Below are positions 40,270 to 54,964 of a stretch of 64,000 nucleotides of DNA, in pieces. This DNA is from Eledone cirrhosa (lineage: Eukaryota), in assembly GCA_964016885.1 (NCBI GenBank), contig OZ024762.1, forward strand, positions 9,548,001-9,612,000. Reading direction: 5' to 3'. A program made the position numbers and the translations under genes. The notes under the pieces were generated by a model. That model was given only the letters and a program-made list of their open reading frames with translations, was not told the DNA's origin and made no database searches. How positions within the stretch are numbered: position 1 is the first letter of the stretch; every line of letters begins with the position of its first letter.

Positions 40270-40900
40270 GAGAGACAGATGTATAGATATATAGACAGAT
40301 ATACAGCTAGCCAGACAGATGTAGAGATATATAGACAGATGTAGAGATAGTTAGACAGATGTACAGTTAGGCAGAGATGTAGAGATATATAGACAGATGT
40401 AGAGATATATAGACAGACGTCTAGATAGATATACAGATGTAGAGATAGTTAGTTAGACAGATGTAGAGATAGTTAGACAGATGTAGAGATAGTTAGACAG
40501 ATGTAGAGATAGTTAGACAGATGTAGAGATAGATAGATAGACAGATGTAGAGTTAGATAGACAGATGTAGAGATAGTTAGACAGATGTAGAGATAGGCAG
40601 ACAGATGTATAGATAGATAGACAGATGTAGAGTTAGATAGACAGATGTAGAGATATATAGACAGATGTAGAGATACATAGACAGATGTAGAGTTAGATAG
40701 ACAGATGTAGAGATACATAGACATATGTAGAGTTAGATAGACAGATGTAGAGATACATAGACAGATGTAGAGATAGATAGACAGATGTAGAGTTAGATAG
40801 ACAGATGTAGAGATAGATAGACAGGTGTAGAGATAGACAGATGTATAGATAGACAGATGTACAGCTAGACAGATGTACAGCTAGATAGACAGATGTATGA
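40270..40900. repeat. ~20 bp minisatellite agacagatgtagagataNNt, derived from (GATA)n
   Basis: Direct reading. Confidence 0.9.
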
Positions 40901-42306
40901 TTAAAGTACATGCCCAGAAAGTATAGGAAGAACTTTTTAATGAGTGTCCTCATTCAACATGAAAGTCAGTTTGTGGAATGGCTTTTAACAGAGAAATCAA
41001 AGTGGTTGACAGCAATTAGTGTAATGTATCATCATCATCGGACTCATTACTGCACACCACCACCACCACCACTGTCACCATCACTACTACCACCACCACC
41101 ACCATCACTACTACCAACACCACCGCCACCAGCATCATCACTACCACCACCACCACCACCATCATCACTACTGCCACTGCCACCATTATCACTACTACTA
41201 CTATCACCATCATCATCACCAGCACCACCATCACTACTACAACCACCACCATCATCATCACTACTACCACCACTACCACCAACACCACCACCATCATCAT
41301 CATCATCATCATCACTACTACCACCACTACCATCAACACCACCACTACCATCAACACCACCACCACCATCACCATTATCACCCCCATCATCACCACCGCT
41401 ACCATCATCATCAACACCACCACTATCATCACCACCACCACTATTATCACCCCACCACCATCATCACCAATACCATCATCATCATCACCATTATAATTTT
41501 TTATGTCCATTTGTCCAAGCTTGTGTAGGTTGGACAGTTGCTCTCCCAAGCAGCGTCTCACCATGCTGTGTACCTTTGTCACCTCCCTTGTAAAGTGGTT
41601 CAGTGATCAACCCTGAGAACATGGCCAGATGGTTAAGAGGTTCACTTTAGAACCATTAAACCCCAGGTTCAATCCCACTGTGTGACATCTTGGGCATGTT
41701 GTTGTTGTTACAGCTCACACCTCTATGCAGGTTTAGCTGGCCTCCTCCAAGGTATATCTCATTGGAGGTGTCTTGGCTAATTTAATGACAAGGACCCCAG
41801 TCCCTATCATCTCATTTCTACAGCTGAGTAAACTGGAGCAATGTGAAATAAAGTGTCTTGCTCAAGGAAACAACACATCACCTGGTCTAAGAATTGAACT
41901 CACAACCTTTCAATTGCAAGCCCAATGCTCTAACCACTAAGACATGTGCCTTCACAATTTTGGGCATGTGTCAATTACCAAAGCCTCAGGTCAACCCATG
42001 TCTTGTGAGCAAAACTGGGTAGATGGAGACAGGATTGGTTTAGACCTTTTAGGGCCAGCAGCACTTCAGGTTTGGGGGGGGCTCCGCATACACAAAAAAT
42101 TAGAATACACAGCAAACCCCCCAATTTTAGCTTGGAATTGAAAAGTTATACATACAAGTATTAAATTAAAAAATCCTAACCATTGTAGTATTGTTGTTGT
42201 TGTTGGTTGGACAGTTCCTCACCATTACCACCACTATCACCATCACCATAACCTCAACCACCCCCATCACCATCACAACCATCAACAACAACATCAGCAC
42301 ACCACC

Positions 42307-42337
<31 letters not shown>

Positions 42338-43529
42338 CTATCAACACCACTACCACAAAACCACAACCACCACCAACAACAACAATAACACTATAACTGC
42401 AAAACTACCACCACCACCACAAAACCACCATTACCAAACCCCACCACCACCAGAACACCACCACCACCACCACCACCACCACTACCAGACCCCACCACCA
42501 CCACCATCACCACGACTACTACTAGACCCTACCACCACCAGAACACCACCACCACCACCAGAACACCGCCACCAGAACACCACCACCACCACCAGAACAC
42601 CGCCACCAGAACACCACCACTACTACCAGACCCTACCACCACCACCACCACCAGAACACCACCACCACCACCACCGTACCTCACCACCACCAGAACACCA
42701 CCAGCACCAGACCCCACCACCACCACCACCACCAGAACACCACCACACCACCACCACCACCACCACCACCACCACCACCACCACCACCACCACCACAAAC
42801 AGCTATCAATTTCTAGTCAATGACCAACTTAAAGTATTAAGTAAAGAAAGAAAGGAAGAAGGAAGGAAGCAACATGTTGCACATATGCACAGACACACAG
42901 CTGCACACGTACACATATACTCACGTATACACGTACGCACGTATACACGTACACACGTACACATGCAAGTGTGCAGCCGTGCTGCAGAGGAAAGCTTAAA
43001 AAGATGCACGCATGTTTGTATATTTACTTAACGCCTCACCCAGCCACCACCACACCAACTTCACCATTACCACTGCCACCATCATCGTCATCACCACCAC
43101 CACCAACACCACCAACACCACCACTACTACCAACACTATCACCAACACTACTTCCAACACCACCACCACCACCACCACCACTACTACCAGGACCATCACT
43201 CCGTCATCATCACCACCACCATCACTACCATCACTCCGTTACCATCACCACCACCACCACCATCACATCCGTCATCATCACCATCATCACCACCACCACC
43301 ATCACATCCATCATCACCACCACCTCCATCACATCCGTCATCATCACCATCACCACCACCATCACATCCATCATCACCACCACCTCCATCACATCCGTCA
43401 TCATCACCACCACCACCACCACCACCACCATGTAGTTGTTCTCTCTATGTTTACATTCAACTACAGCAACAATAGCTACACAAGGTTATTGAAGCTGTGG
43501 TCCATTAGAGTTTTTTTGTGGTTTTTAAC

Positions 43530-43998
43530 ATCTCTCTATCTCTCTAGCACCCTCTCTCTCTCTCTAACTAACTAGCTCTCTCCCTTCTCTCTAGCTAGCT
43601 CTCTCCCCTTCTCTCTCTCTCTCTATCTCTAGCTAGCTCTCTCCCTTTCTCTCTCTATCTCTCTAGCACTCTCTCTCTCTCTCTAACTAACTAGCTAGCT
43701 CTCTCCCCTTCTCTCTCTCTCTCTATCTCTAGCTAGCTCTCTCCCTTTCTCTCTCTATCACTCTCTCTCTCTCTAGCTAGCTCTCTCCCCTTCTCTCTCT
43801 ATCTCTCTAGCTAGCTCTCTCCCCTTCTCTCTCTATCTCTCTAGCACTCTTTCTCTCTCTCTCTAGCTAGCTCTCTCCCCTTCTCTCTATCTCTCTAGCT
43901 AGCTCTCTCCCCTCCTCTCTCTCTATCTCTCTAGCATTCTCTCTCTCTCTAGCTAGCTCTCTCCCCTTCTCTCTCTATCTCTCTAGCTAGCTCTCTCC

Positions 43999-44034
<36 letters not shown>

Positions 44035-44040
44035 ATCTCT
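43530..44040. repeat. (CT)n-based minisatellite punctuated by ctagctagct
   Basis: Direct reading. Confidence 0.85.
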
Positions 44041-44505
44041 CTATGTAACTTAGTGGTGTGGTTATTCAGCTCGTGATCGTAAAGTCATGAGCTTGGATTC
44101 CCAGCATCGTGATGTGTCCTTGAGCAAGACACTTTATTTCACTTTGCTCCAGTCCACTCATTCTGGCAAAAATGAGTTATATCTGTAATTCGAAGAACCA
44201 GCTTTATCACATTCTGTGTCACGCTGAATCTCCCTGAGAACTACATTAAGGGTACACGTGTCTGTTAATTTCATTGTAGTGGGCTTTAGGATGATAGTGG
44301 GAAGAGAGGAGAGTGTGCACTTGGATGGGTCAGGTCAAGTTTTAGGGCTGGTAGATGGGTCATCACCCGACACAGTTTGTCTCTAGTCCTTACAGCGCTT
44401 GTGTGAATTATTCTTTTTATATATAATTGTATTTTCGTCTGCTATGAAGCAAATTACAAGAGATGAAGTGTCAGTCTGAAAGAAAAACATGTATCAAAAA
44501 CCATT

Positions 44506-44980
44506 CGGTGGATTGCCGGTATCGGTAGAGGGTCGGACGCCATGCTTTCCAGCATAGTTACGTCCCTTTATGATCTGAGTTCAAATCCCGCTGAGGTTGA
44601 CTTTGCCTTTCATCCTTACGGGGTCGATAAAATAAAGTACCAGTAATACACTGGGATGATTGCTGGCCGTGTGCCAAAAGTAGAAACAATTATTATTATG
44701 CCTTCATCATATGGTGTTGGACAGATATAGATGTGGATATAGATATAGGGCGGTGGATTGGCAGTATCGGTAGAGGGTCGGATGCCATGCTTTCCAGCAT
44801 AGTTACGTCCCTTTATGATCTGAGTTCAAATCCCGCTGAGGTTGACTTTGCCTTTCATCCTTACGGGGTCGATAAAATAAAGTACCAGTAATGCACTGGG
44901 TAATTGCTGGCCTTGTGCCAAAAAGTAGAAACAATTATTATGCCTTCATCATATGATGTTGGACAGATATAGATATATAA
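44506..44980 (+). mobile_element. Tandem pair of full-length SINE A copies sharing the same 3' flank
   Basis: Both are followed by attatgccttcatcatatgRtgttggacagatatagat. Confidence 0.85.
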
Positions 44981-45019
44981 AAAGTACATGATACAATGAC
45001 AAGTCAGTCAATCATATTG

Positions 45020-45215
45020 ATGGCCACCGCACGGCCCCGGCGGACAGAATGGGGAAGGCGTTTCCCTAGAGGACGGCAAGGGAAACGCGCTGGAAAAGCC
45101 ATTCCAACTCGTGAGGCTCACACCTACGGCTGGCCAGCTCAGCGCCTATGGTGGTGAGTAGGGAGGCAGCCCTAGGGCCGAGGACACCAGAAGTCTCCAC
45201 TGCCAAGGGTACGAC
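45020..45215 (-). mobile_element. CRE-clade LINE 3' end (RLE C-terminus)
   Basis: VPLAVETSGVLGPRAASLLTTIGAELASRRCEPHELEWLFQRVSLAVL*GNAF fits the P.A.ET.G..G...QR.S.A..RGNA motif. Confidence 0.75.
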
Positions 45216-45224
45216 CGCAAAAAA

Positions 45225-45640
45225 CCTGTTCTTTGTCATCTTTGTTGAGAGGTTCAACTTCTTAGGGTCAGACCTCACTACCACATCCCATATCTTCCTG
45301 GGTCTACCTCTTACACAACTACCATCCACTGAGACTTTCTCTGTCCCTGCAGTTCTTTATCCAGCTGTCATCTTGCATACACATAACATGTCCATACCAG
45401 TGCAGTCTCCTCACTGGCACACTACATCCAATTCCTTTTATGCCAAGCTCTACTCTCAACTCACTTATGCTACAGCTACATCATTCATGCACATTAACAT
45501 AACACATCTACCAGAGCATAAACACTTCATTTTTTTCAAACCTTCTCAGGCTTGTTACAGTCAAAGCCTAACCTCACTGCCATATAGTATTGCAGTTTAC
45601 ACGCAAACATCATACAGTCTACCCCCAACAGCTCATTAGG
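45225..45640 (-). mobile_element. Decayed RTE LINE fragment
   Basis: RGRPRKIWDVVVRSD, with an upstream LHWYGHVM remnant. Confidence 0.8.
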
Positions 45641-45961
45641 TCAGTTATGTAACCAAATTTCTCAACAAGTTCTAAGAATCAATTTCACGTGTCTTCTTAA
45701 TGCTTAATTCTCCTATGCATCTGCTGCATATAAAACAGTTTTTGTGTATTTTTTCTATTAACCTGTCTACAATCCCACGATATCTCATGTTACTGAGGTG
45801 TTTAGTCTGCTTATCACAAGTTTATCAGACAAGAGGTATAATTCAGTATCAGATAATAAATGAATATTTAAACTAACTTCGGTATAGAGTACACTTTTCT
45901 CACAGCAAATATATATATATATATATATATATACAGCGTATATATATATATATATATACAG

Positions 45962-46013
<52 letters not shown>

Positions 46014-47242
46014 TACAGTCCTGAAGGTGTCATGACAATATGCACCCAGTTCACACTGTAAAGCAGTCATGAAGGTGTCGCGACAAAAAGCACCCAGCCC
46101 ACACTGTAAATGTGGTTGGCGTTAGGAAGGGCATCCAGCTGTAGAAATCAGGCCAGAACCAGTTCCCGTCCCACCCTTGCAAGCAGGGAAAAGCGGACGT
46201 AAAATGATGATGATGATGATGATGATGATATAAATATATATATATATACGCACACACATATATACACACACACATATATATACACACACATATATATACA
46301 CACACATATACAAACACGCCACTCTCAAACAACACACCTGGGAGCAAACCTTGTCAATACTGTCACCTCATATATATGCATGAAACCATGTTATCTCAAC
46401 CAACACCATACTGCACACAATATTTTAACAAAAGGAGGAGGAAGAGGTGTAGGAGGAGGAAGTGAAAAGAAAGAAGCGAAGAAGAGGAGGACTTTAGATC
46501 TTAGGCCTAAAATCTATGAAACAACGTTTATTGATTTCCAATGTTGGCTCAAGGCTACAAAATTTGTAACGTGGAGGAGGAGGTGGAGATGGGTAATTAA
46601 TTCAATTGACCTAATTAAACGGTTCCTTCATATTTTATTGGTCCCAAGAGAGGGAATGGCAAATTTGACACCCTGTTCAGTTTTGAACAAAGAATAAATC
46701 AAAGGCCCTGCCATTACTAATGGAGCAGAGTATAGCATATTTATATTAACCCTTTTGTCAGCATATTTCAATCAATTAATGAAGAATTTTGAAGATACAG
46801 ATTTGTTAAAATTATTAATTAATTCATTGCTAAAAGAGTAAATTTAATGCTCGGTTCTTATATAAAACTGGTTGGCTCCGTGCCGTCAAAAATGATGGTT
46901 AACGGGTAGATGTGTATTTGTATAGACCTTTCAACTGTGGTCTTTTTATATTCTTGATAATTCTAATTTATTTCGATATTGCTAGGGACTTGGCTCCTTG
47001 AACAACACATGCCCACAAACACTCACACACACACATACACACACATATACTCACACATACATACACTCACACACACAAACACTCACACACACATACAGTC
47101 ACACACACAAACACACACACACACATAGAAACACTCACAAAAGTGTAGCCAATCTAAGAACGCTAGTTAAAAATAATTATTACATACACACACATCAACA
47201 CAAACATACACATAAACAGACTCTGGACAAAGCATGTCTCTA

Positions 47243-48066
47243 AGATTGTCAAGAAGGCCGAGGGTGTCTTGGCATCACTCAGCAAGACCTTTGTTAGCCG
47301 CTCTTCAGCCATCTATTTAAAACTGTATACAGCTATGGTACGACCACACTTGGAATTCGCATCATCAGTCTGGAACCCCTATCTTGCTCAGAACATTGAC
47401 CTCCTGGAAACTGTTCAGAGACGTGCAACCAAGCGCATACCCTGCATCAGACACCTACCATACTCTGAACGCCTTGCTTCCCTGGGCATGGATTCATTGA
47501 AGCTCTGACGTCTGGCAATGGACTTGGTAAATACCCACAAAGTTATTAACCATCTCGCCAATTGCAACCCTGAGCACCTTTTTGATCTCCATGTGTCTAA
47601 CACACGTGGACATGCCTACAAAATCAGAAAACAGCACAGCTCCCATGACTTTCGTAGACATTTTTTCCCGCTCAGAGTTGCTGAAGCATGGAACAAACTG
47701 CCTGCGTCAGTTGTTAGCTGCCGAGACACTGCATCCTTTAAGACACTCATGCTTCCCGAAATACGCCAAAACTACACCTGATGTACCCCTTCCATACACA
47801 TGCACACTTGTGTGTATCATGACTCGTGCACTCTTCATTTTCCTGATGTTTGTGCATTGCCCTATGTACTGTACATGCACTTTTTGATGAGTTGTGGTGC
47901 ACCTGGGCACTGTACACAATATTTCATTATTATTATTATTATTATTATTATATCATGACTCATACACTGTTCATTTTCCTGACATTTGTACATTATTCTA
48001 TGTACTATACATGCACCTTTGATGAGTTGTAGTGCACCTGAGCACTGTACACGCAATAATTTCATT
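47243..48066 (+). mobile_element. CR1-clade LINE 3' fragment with a duplicated 3' UTR
   Basis: LYTAMVRPHLEFASSVWNPY...LETVQRRATK...TRGH...WNKLP in one frame, broken only by TGA at 47506 (CGA in the copy near 980). It has (ATT)n tails. Confidence 0.92.
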
Positions 48067-48590
48067 ATATATATATAAAATAATTATTACATGCACACAC
48101 ATATATGTGTGTGAGGATGTGTGTATGTGTGTGTGTATACATTTATATGTATGAGTAACACGGGTGTAGCGAACACTGTTCTCTATTTTCTATAGTTTGT
48201 CACAACCCCCTTCCTTCCACACTCATCACATAGATGTGTGTGTATGTAATCCCTATTTTAGTATAATGTATGTGTTTATATATATATATGTATGTATTTA
48301 TTTTTAGATACTGAAACATAGATGAGTTACCTCCTTTCGCGTGACATACAAAAACACAAGAGCATTGGGTGGTGGATTGGCAGTATCGGTAGAGGGTCGG
48401 ACGCCATGCTGTGCAGCATAGAGTTACGCCCCTTTATGATCTGAGTTCAAATCCCGCCGGGGTTTACTTTGCCTTTCATCCTTACGGGCTCGATAAAATA
48501 AAGTACCAGTAATACACTGATATAATTGCTGGCCTTGTGCCAAAAGTAGAAACAATTATATATGAGTAGATTACATTTGAAGATTTACCT

Positions 48591-49017
48591 TTAACCCTTC
48601 AACATTTACATTACTCTATATTTACTATTGTATTTTTGTGGCAAAGACTTTAACCTCACATAATTATCTCACATAATACCTTAACATCAGTATGAGTGGC
48701 CAGTTATGACTGGTTTAAAGAGAAAGAGGTGAGAGAATTCTGACCGGAAATGGCCAGTTTAAATGCTAAAGGGTTAATATCCGATACATTTTAACCCTTT
48801 AGCATTCACATTACTCTATATATACTATTATATTTTCATGGTAAAGGCTTTACCTCGCATAATTATCTCACATAATATCGAATCTATGAGATTTTGAAAG
48901 TATTTATTTTGAGAACAATACTTTTACATCAATGTGAGCGACCGGTTACAGCCAGTTTCAACAGAAAGAGGTAGAGAATTCTGGCTGGTTTTGGCTGGTT
49001 TGAACAATAAAGGGTTA
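48591..49017. mobile_element. Two adjacent complete piggyBac-type MITEs
   Basis: ttaacccttc...aaagggttaa (about 48591-48778) and ttaaccctttagc...aaagggtta (about 48791-49017). Confidence 0.8.
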
Positions 49018-50089
49018 CTCATTGATAGATCTGGTTTATACAATGGAGAATTGAAATTTAAGTACTACAGCTCTGATATTATGGTTATCTGGTTAGAATG
49101 TCTCAGGAAAGAATCCCTGGACAGATTTTACAAGAAAAACCAACCAACAGGATACCAACAGATGCTGATGAAGATGATGATGATGATGATGGTAGTGTTG
49201 GTGATGACGATGATAATAATTGCGGTGATGATGATGATGATGATGATGATGGTACAAGGCCAGCAATTACCCAGTACATTACTGGTACTTTATTTTATCG
49301 ACCCCCGTAAGGATGAAAGGCAAAGTTAACCTCGGCGGGATTTGAACTCAGATCGTAAAGGGCCGCAACTCTTTGCTGCAAAGTATGGCGTCCAACCCTC
49401 TTCCGATACTGCCAAAATAATAATTGCGATGATGATGACAGTGATGATGATGATGACAATAATAATAATAATTGTGATGATGATACTGATGGTGATGATA
49501 ATAATGATGATAATGATGACAATGATGAAGATGATGATAGTGACGGTGATGGTGATGATGGTGGTAATGATAATGCTGGTGACAACGATAATGATAATGA
49601 TGATGAGGACACTGATGATTTTTATAAAGATTATATCTTGTTTATCAAATGAGGTTTAGAGAAAACAGCGATAAACTCATAAACTCATGGCTAAACATAG
49701 ATCTAGTTGATATCCTCAGCCTCTCCACAAACCATAACACATTGACAAGTATCAACAAGATGTAGCGATATCTCACAGTAACACACGCCATGCACAGCGG
49801 CAGCAAGCAATAAAGATGAACAAGGGATATCACACAAACTAGAAACACTCGTGGGCAACACAGATATAGCGATATCCTGAATAATACATTTGACAGACAA
49901 TAAAGATATAGCGATATCCTCATAATACATTTGACAGGCAGTACAGATAGAACGATATCCTTTTTAACACACACTGTGATATGGCAAAGATGCAGTGATA
50001 TCATTGTATAAAACAGCTCCAGCCAGCAGCAAAGCCACACTGATATCATAAATATCAATAAAGGAATATAAATATAGGCAGCCATAACT

Positions 50090-50710
50090 GTGCAGTTAAG
50101 GAGTTCATTTTATAGCAACATGGTTCTAGGGTCAGTGGCACTGTATAGCATCTTGGACATGTGTTTTCTAATGTAGCCTCACATTGACCAATAGCTGGAC
50201 AACACTGATCAATGCCTGGACAAATGTTTTCTACTGTAGCCTTACACTGACCAATACCTGGACAAATGTTTTCTACTGTAGCCTTACACTGACCAATACC
50301 TGGACAAATGTTTTCTACTGTAGCTTTACACTAACCAATAGCTGGACAACACTGATCAATGCCTGGACAAATGTTTTCTACTGTAGCCTTACACTGACCA
50401 ATACCCGGACAAATGTTTTCTAGTTTAGCCTCACATTGACCAATACCTGGACAAATGTTTTCTAGTTTAGCCTCACATTGACCAATACCTGGACAAATGT
50501 TTTCTAGTTTAGCCTCACATTGACCAATACCTGGACAATTGTTTTCTAGTTTAGCCTCACATTGACCAATACCTGGACAAATGTTTTCTAGTTTAGCCTC
50601 ACATTGACCAATACCTGGACAAATGTTTTCTAGTTTAGACTCACATTGACCAATACCTGGACAACACTGACCAATACCTGGTGAGCAAAATTTGTTAGAC
50701 AGATAATTTG
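50090..50710 (+). repeat. Decayed tRNA-SINE with an internal 42-43 bp tandem expansion (about 11 units)
   Basis: A decayed head (gcagttaaggagttc...gggtcagtggcactg), then the unit ggacaaatgttttctagtttagcctcacattgaccaatacct. The SINE resumes at gtgagcaaaatttgttagac; a related copy lies at about 41625-42030. Confidence 0.7.
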
Positions 50711-51299
50711 ACTGCATTAAATCCCACCGAGGTTGATTTTGCCTTTCATCCTTACGGGGTCGATAAAATAAAGTACCAGTAATGCACTGGGTAATTGCTG
50801 GCCTTGTGCCTAAAGTAGAAACAATTATGTATCTGCAATGGCAGGGAATTGGCCGTATCGGTAGAGGGTCGGATGCCATGCTTTCCAGCATAGTTACGTC
50901 CCTTTATGTTCTGAGTTCAAATCCCGCCTAGGTTAACTTTGCCTTTCATCCTTACGGGGTTGATGAAATAAAGTACCAGTAACGTACTGGGTAATTGCTG
51001 GTCTTGTGCCAAAAGTAGAAACAATTATTCGATATGAAACTCACAAATACATTTACATATCCACTATGTTAGAGCAGAAAACCAAATTCTAATTTTGACT
51101 GCATTATATTATATTAAGGTGGTGTTAGACAGAATTTCATCATTTCAAACGTCGATAAAGTACCAGTTTCATACTGGGGTAGCACTTCCTCTAAATCTCT
51201 TTCCCACTTCTATCTGTCAAGTCAATCTATCTTTCTCTCCCCTTCTCTATCCCTTTCTCTCCTCTTCTCACTCCCTTTCTCTCCCTGGAAGTATTTGGT

Positions 51300-52105
<806 letters not shown>

Positions 52106-52170
52106 CTATGTCAGCAAACAGTGTATGTACGATGTGTTCATGACTGGACATCACATTAACAGACTCGGTG

Positions 52171-52226
52171 TTACAGTGTCTTGTAGACAAGGTTGTTACA
52201 ATGTGCACACAGCAACATATCATTTC
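52171..52226 (-). CDS. Candidate terminal coding exon (G)NDMLLCAHCNNLVYKTL*
   Basis: A T-rich NAGNAG acceptor (ttgttttgttgtagtag|), then a phase-1 frame with a CxxC motif and TAA, in a unique-sequence island. Confidence 0.3.
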
Positions 52227-52640
52227 CTACTACAACAAAACAACAAATATATAAACAACTAACTCAATAAATAAATAAATAAATAAATACAAATCCCAAA
52301 CAGTATTAGTCATGTACTAATATTGGTTTTTTTCTCCCTCACTGCATAATTATTTCTAGTTAGTCTTTCTAATGTCTCCCGCAGTGGATATGTTAACTCT
52401 TAATGTGCTTTCCTACATGAAACCACATTAACAAGACGTTCTTGAAAAATACAAAATACCACTATGACTGCATCCCATTCAGTCATTAACTCTAATACTG
52501 TAAATGTTCACAACAATCTGTCCACTAGTAAAGATATTATAAACATTTGAATAAATAAAACACATGAAACCACACTAACAAGACATTCTTGAAAAATACA
52601 AAATACCACTATGACTGCATCACATTAAAAATGGCAGTCA

Positions 52641-52979
52641 TTATCCCTTTAGCATTTAAACTGCCCATATCCGGCCAGAATTCTCTCACTTTTTCTGTTC
52701 AAACTGGCCATAACTGGCCACTCATACTGACATTAAGGTATTGTTCTCAAAATAAATAATGGTTTCTTATATAGGCACAAAGCCAGCGATTTGGGGGGAG
52801 AGAAAGTCGATTAAATCGCCCCCAGTGCGTGACTGGTACTTTATTTTATCGACCCCATAAGGATGAAAGGCAAAGTTAACCTCAGCGGGATTTGAACTCA
52901 GATCGTAAAGGGCCGTAACTCTCTGCTGCAAAGCATGGCATCCGACCCTCTACCGATACTGCCAATGCTAAAGGGTTAA
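52641..52979. mobile_element. piggyBac-type MITE with nested SINE A, inserted in one copy of a local tandem repeat
   Basis: ttat-ccctttagcatttaaa...aatgctaaaggg-ttaa. The matching empty site cattaactctaatactg is at 52484. Confidence 0.8.
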
Positions 52980-53232
52980 AGTAATACTGCCAATTTTCTC
53001 AACAATCTGTCCACTAGTAAAGATACTATAAACATTTGAATTAACAAACCACTTGAAACCAGATTAGCAAGACACTGTTGAAAAGTACAAAACAACATTG
53101 TGACTGGATGATTTACACACTCACAGACACACACACTTACACAATCACACACTCACATATTTGCACACACACATACTTGTATAAACTCATACACACATAC
53201 ACTTGGGGGTGGGGGTGGACACACACACGCAC

Positions 53233-53605
53233 CATCATCATCATCATTTTACGTCCGCTCTTCCCTGCTTGCAAGGGTGGGACAGGTCCTATTCAGCACA
53301 GCATCTCTCCACTTGTCAAGGTCCTTCGTCATCTCCTCCGTGAGCTTCAGCGATCTGCGGTCTGCTCTCACCACCTCTGCCCATGTTTTTCGTGGTCTTC
53401 CTCTACTGCGTCTTCGTTCTACTGGGATTTCTTGGCACCTCTTTACCCAGCGGTCATCCTCCATGCGCATCACATGTCCATACCATCACAGTCTCCTCTC
53501 CTGCACACCGCAACTTATCCCTTTTATACACAGTCTCTCTCTCAACTCATCTATGCTTGGTTGTTCACATACATTGATATTGCACATCCAACGGATCATG
53601 TCTCA
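53233..53605 (-). mobile_element. RTE-clade LINE 3' end including tail
   Basis: MMRMEDDRWVKRC...RSRGRPRKTWAEVVRAD...[21 protein letters not shown], followed by (GAT)n. Confidence 0.92.
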
Positions 53606-53960
53606 CTACCATGCAGCATCGCACATAACAAATGGTAACAAGGATGGTGGTGGTGGAAATATGGGTGTATGGGGTGGGGTGAGTAAAAAACTAAAAAAAA
53701 AAAAACTTGCAAATGAATTATTTTGTAACAAAAACAAATTTAATTTGCAAAAGTAATTTATTAATGTTGAGGGGGAGGATGAAGAGATGGAGGGAAGAAG
53801 AGAGATAAGGATGAATAAAAAAAATAAGAACAACAATTATACAGACAAAACCAACAACAACAACAACTCTGTTTAGCTTTACACCTCATTACAGACTTGA
53901 ATCTAAACATCGAGTGCTCACCCGGGTGAACCTACAGTAACTTCACGTTACACTCCCTGG

Positions 53961-53989
<29 letters not shown>

Positions 53990-53991
<2 letters not shown>

Positions 53992-54600
53992 GTGGTTAGA
54001 GCATTGGCCTTGCAATCGAAAGGTTGTGAGTTCAATTCTCAGACCGGGTGATGTATTGTTTCCTTGAGCAAGACACTTTATTTCACATTGCTCCAGTTTA
54101 CTCAGCTGTAGAAATGAGATGATAGGGACTGGGGTCCCTATCATTCCACTGCAAAGTGGTCGTGGAGGTGCCACGGCAAAAAAGCACCCAGCACTCACTG
54201 TAAATGAGGTTGGTGTTAGGAAGGACATCCAGCTGTAGAAATCAAGCCAGAATCAGTTCCCGTCCCACCCTTGCAAGCAGGGAAAAGCGGACGTAAAGTG
54301 ATGATGATGATGATGATTATATATATATATATAGTCTATATGCTCTGAAGCTGAAGCAAGTAGACAATATGCCCCCACCCCTTCCCACTGTAAAGTGGTC
54401 GTGGAGGCGCCACGGCAAAAAAGCACCCACCACTCACTGTGAATGAGGTTGGTGTTAGGAAGGGCATCCAGCTGTAGAAATCAAGCCAGAATCAGTTCCC
54501 GTATGAGCAAGACAAGGTCAGCCGACTGGACACTGCCCACAACAGGACAACCTGTCTAGCGTGGAAGAACGGACGTAAAATGATTATGATGATGATGATT
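53990..54600 (+). mobile_element. SINE family B (53990-54317) followed by a partial, chimeric second copy
   Basis: Matches 34557-34895. Confidence 0.85.
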
Positions 54601-54964
54601 ATATATATATATGTTGTTTTACCTGATTAGTTTTGCCTACTGCAATTTTCAATTTGTCAAGCTTTTAAATGTAATGTTATTACTCTAAGGACCTGCCCTT
54701 GTTGAGTGCTTTGCTACTCATTCCTTATTGTAGGTCGGCTTTGCTTGGCCACAGCCAAAGCTTCGATTTTACTAAGCTTCCACTTGTATATATATATGAT
54801 GATGATGATGATGATGATGATATACACACACCTATATATAGACACATGGTGTATCGTAAAATACCCAACCTTTCAATGAATGTAACATGATCACATATAT
54901 CATCCACCTCTTATTTTCAGGATCAGAAGGTTAAGAGACCCACGCAGTCCCCTTCATGCTATCA

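Noticed and set aside
45066-45329. Chimeric 87 aa ORF
   Set aside because: It is a chance in-frame junction of an RTE fragment and a CRE fragment.
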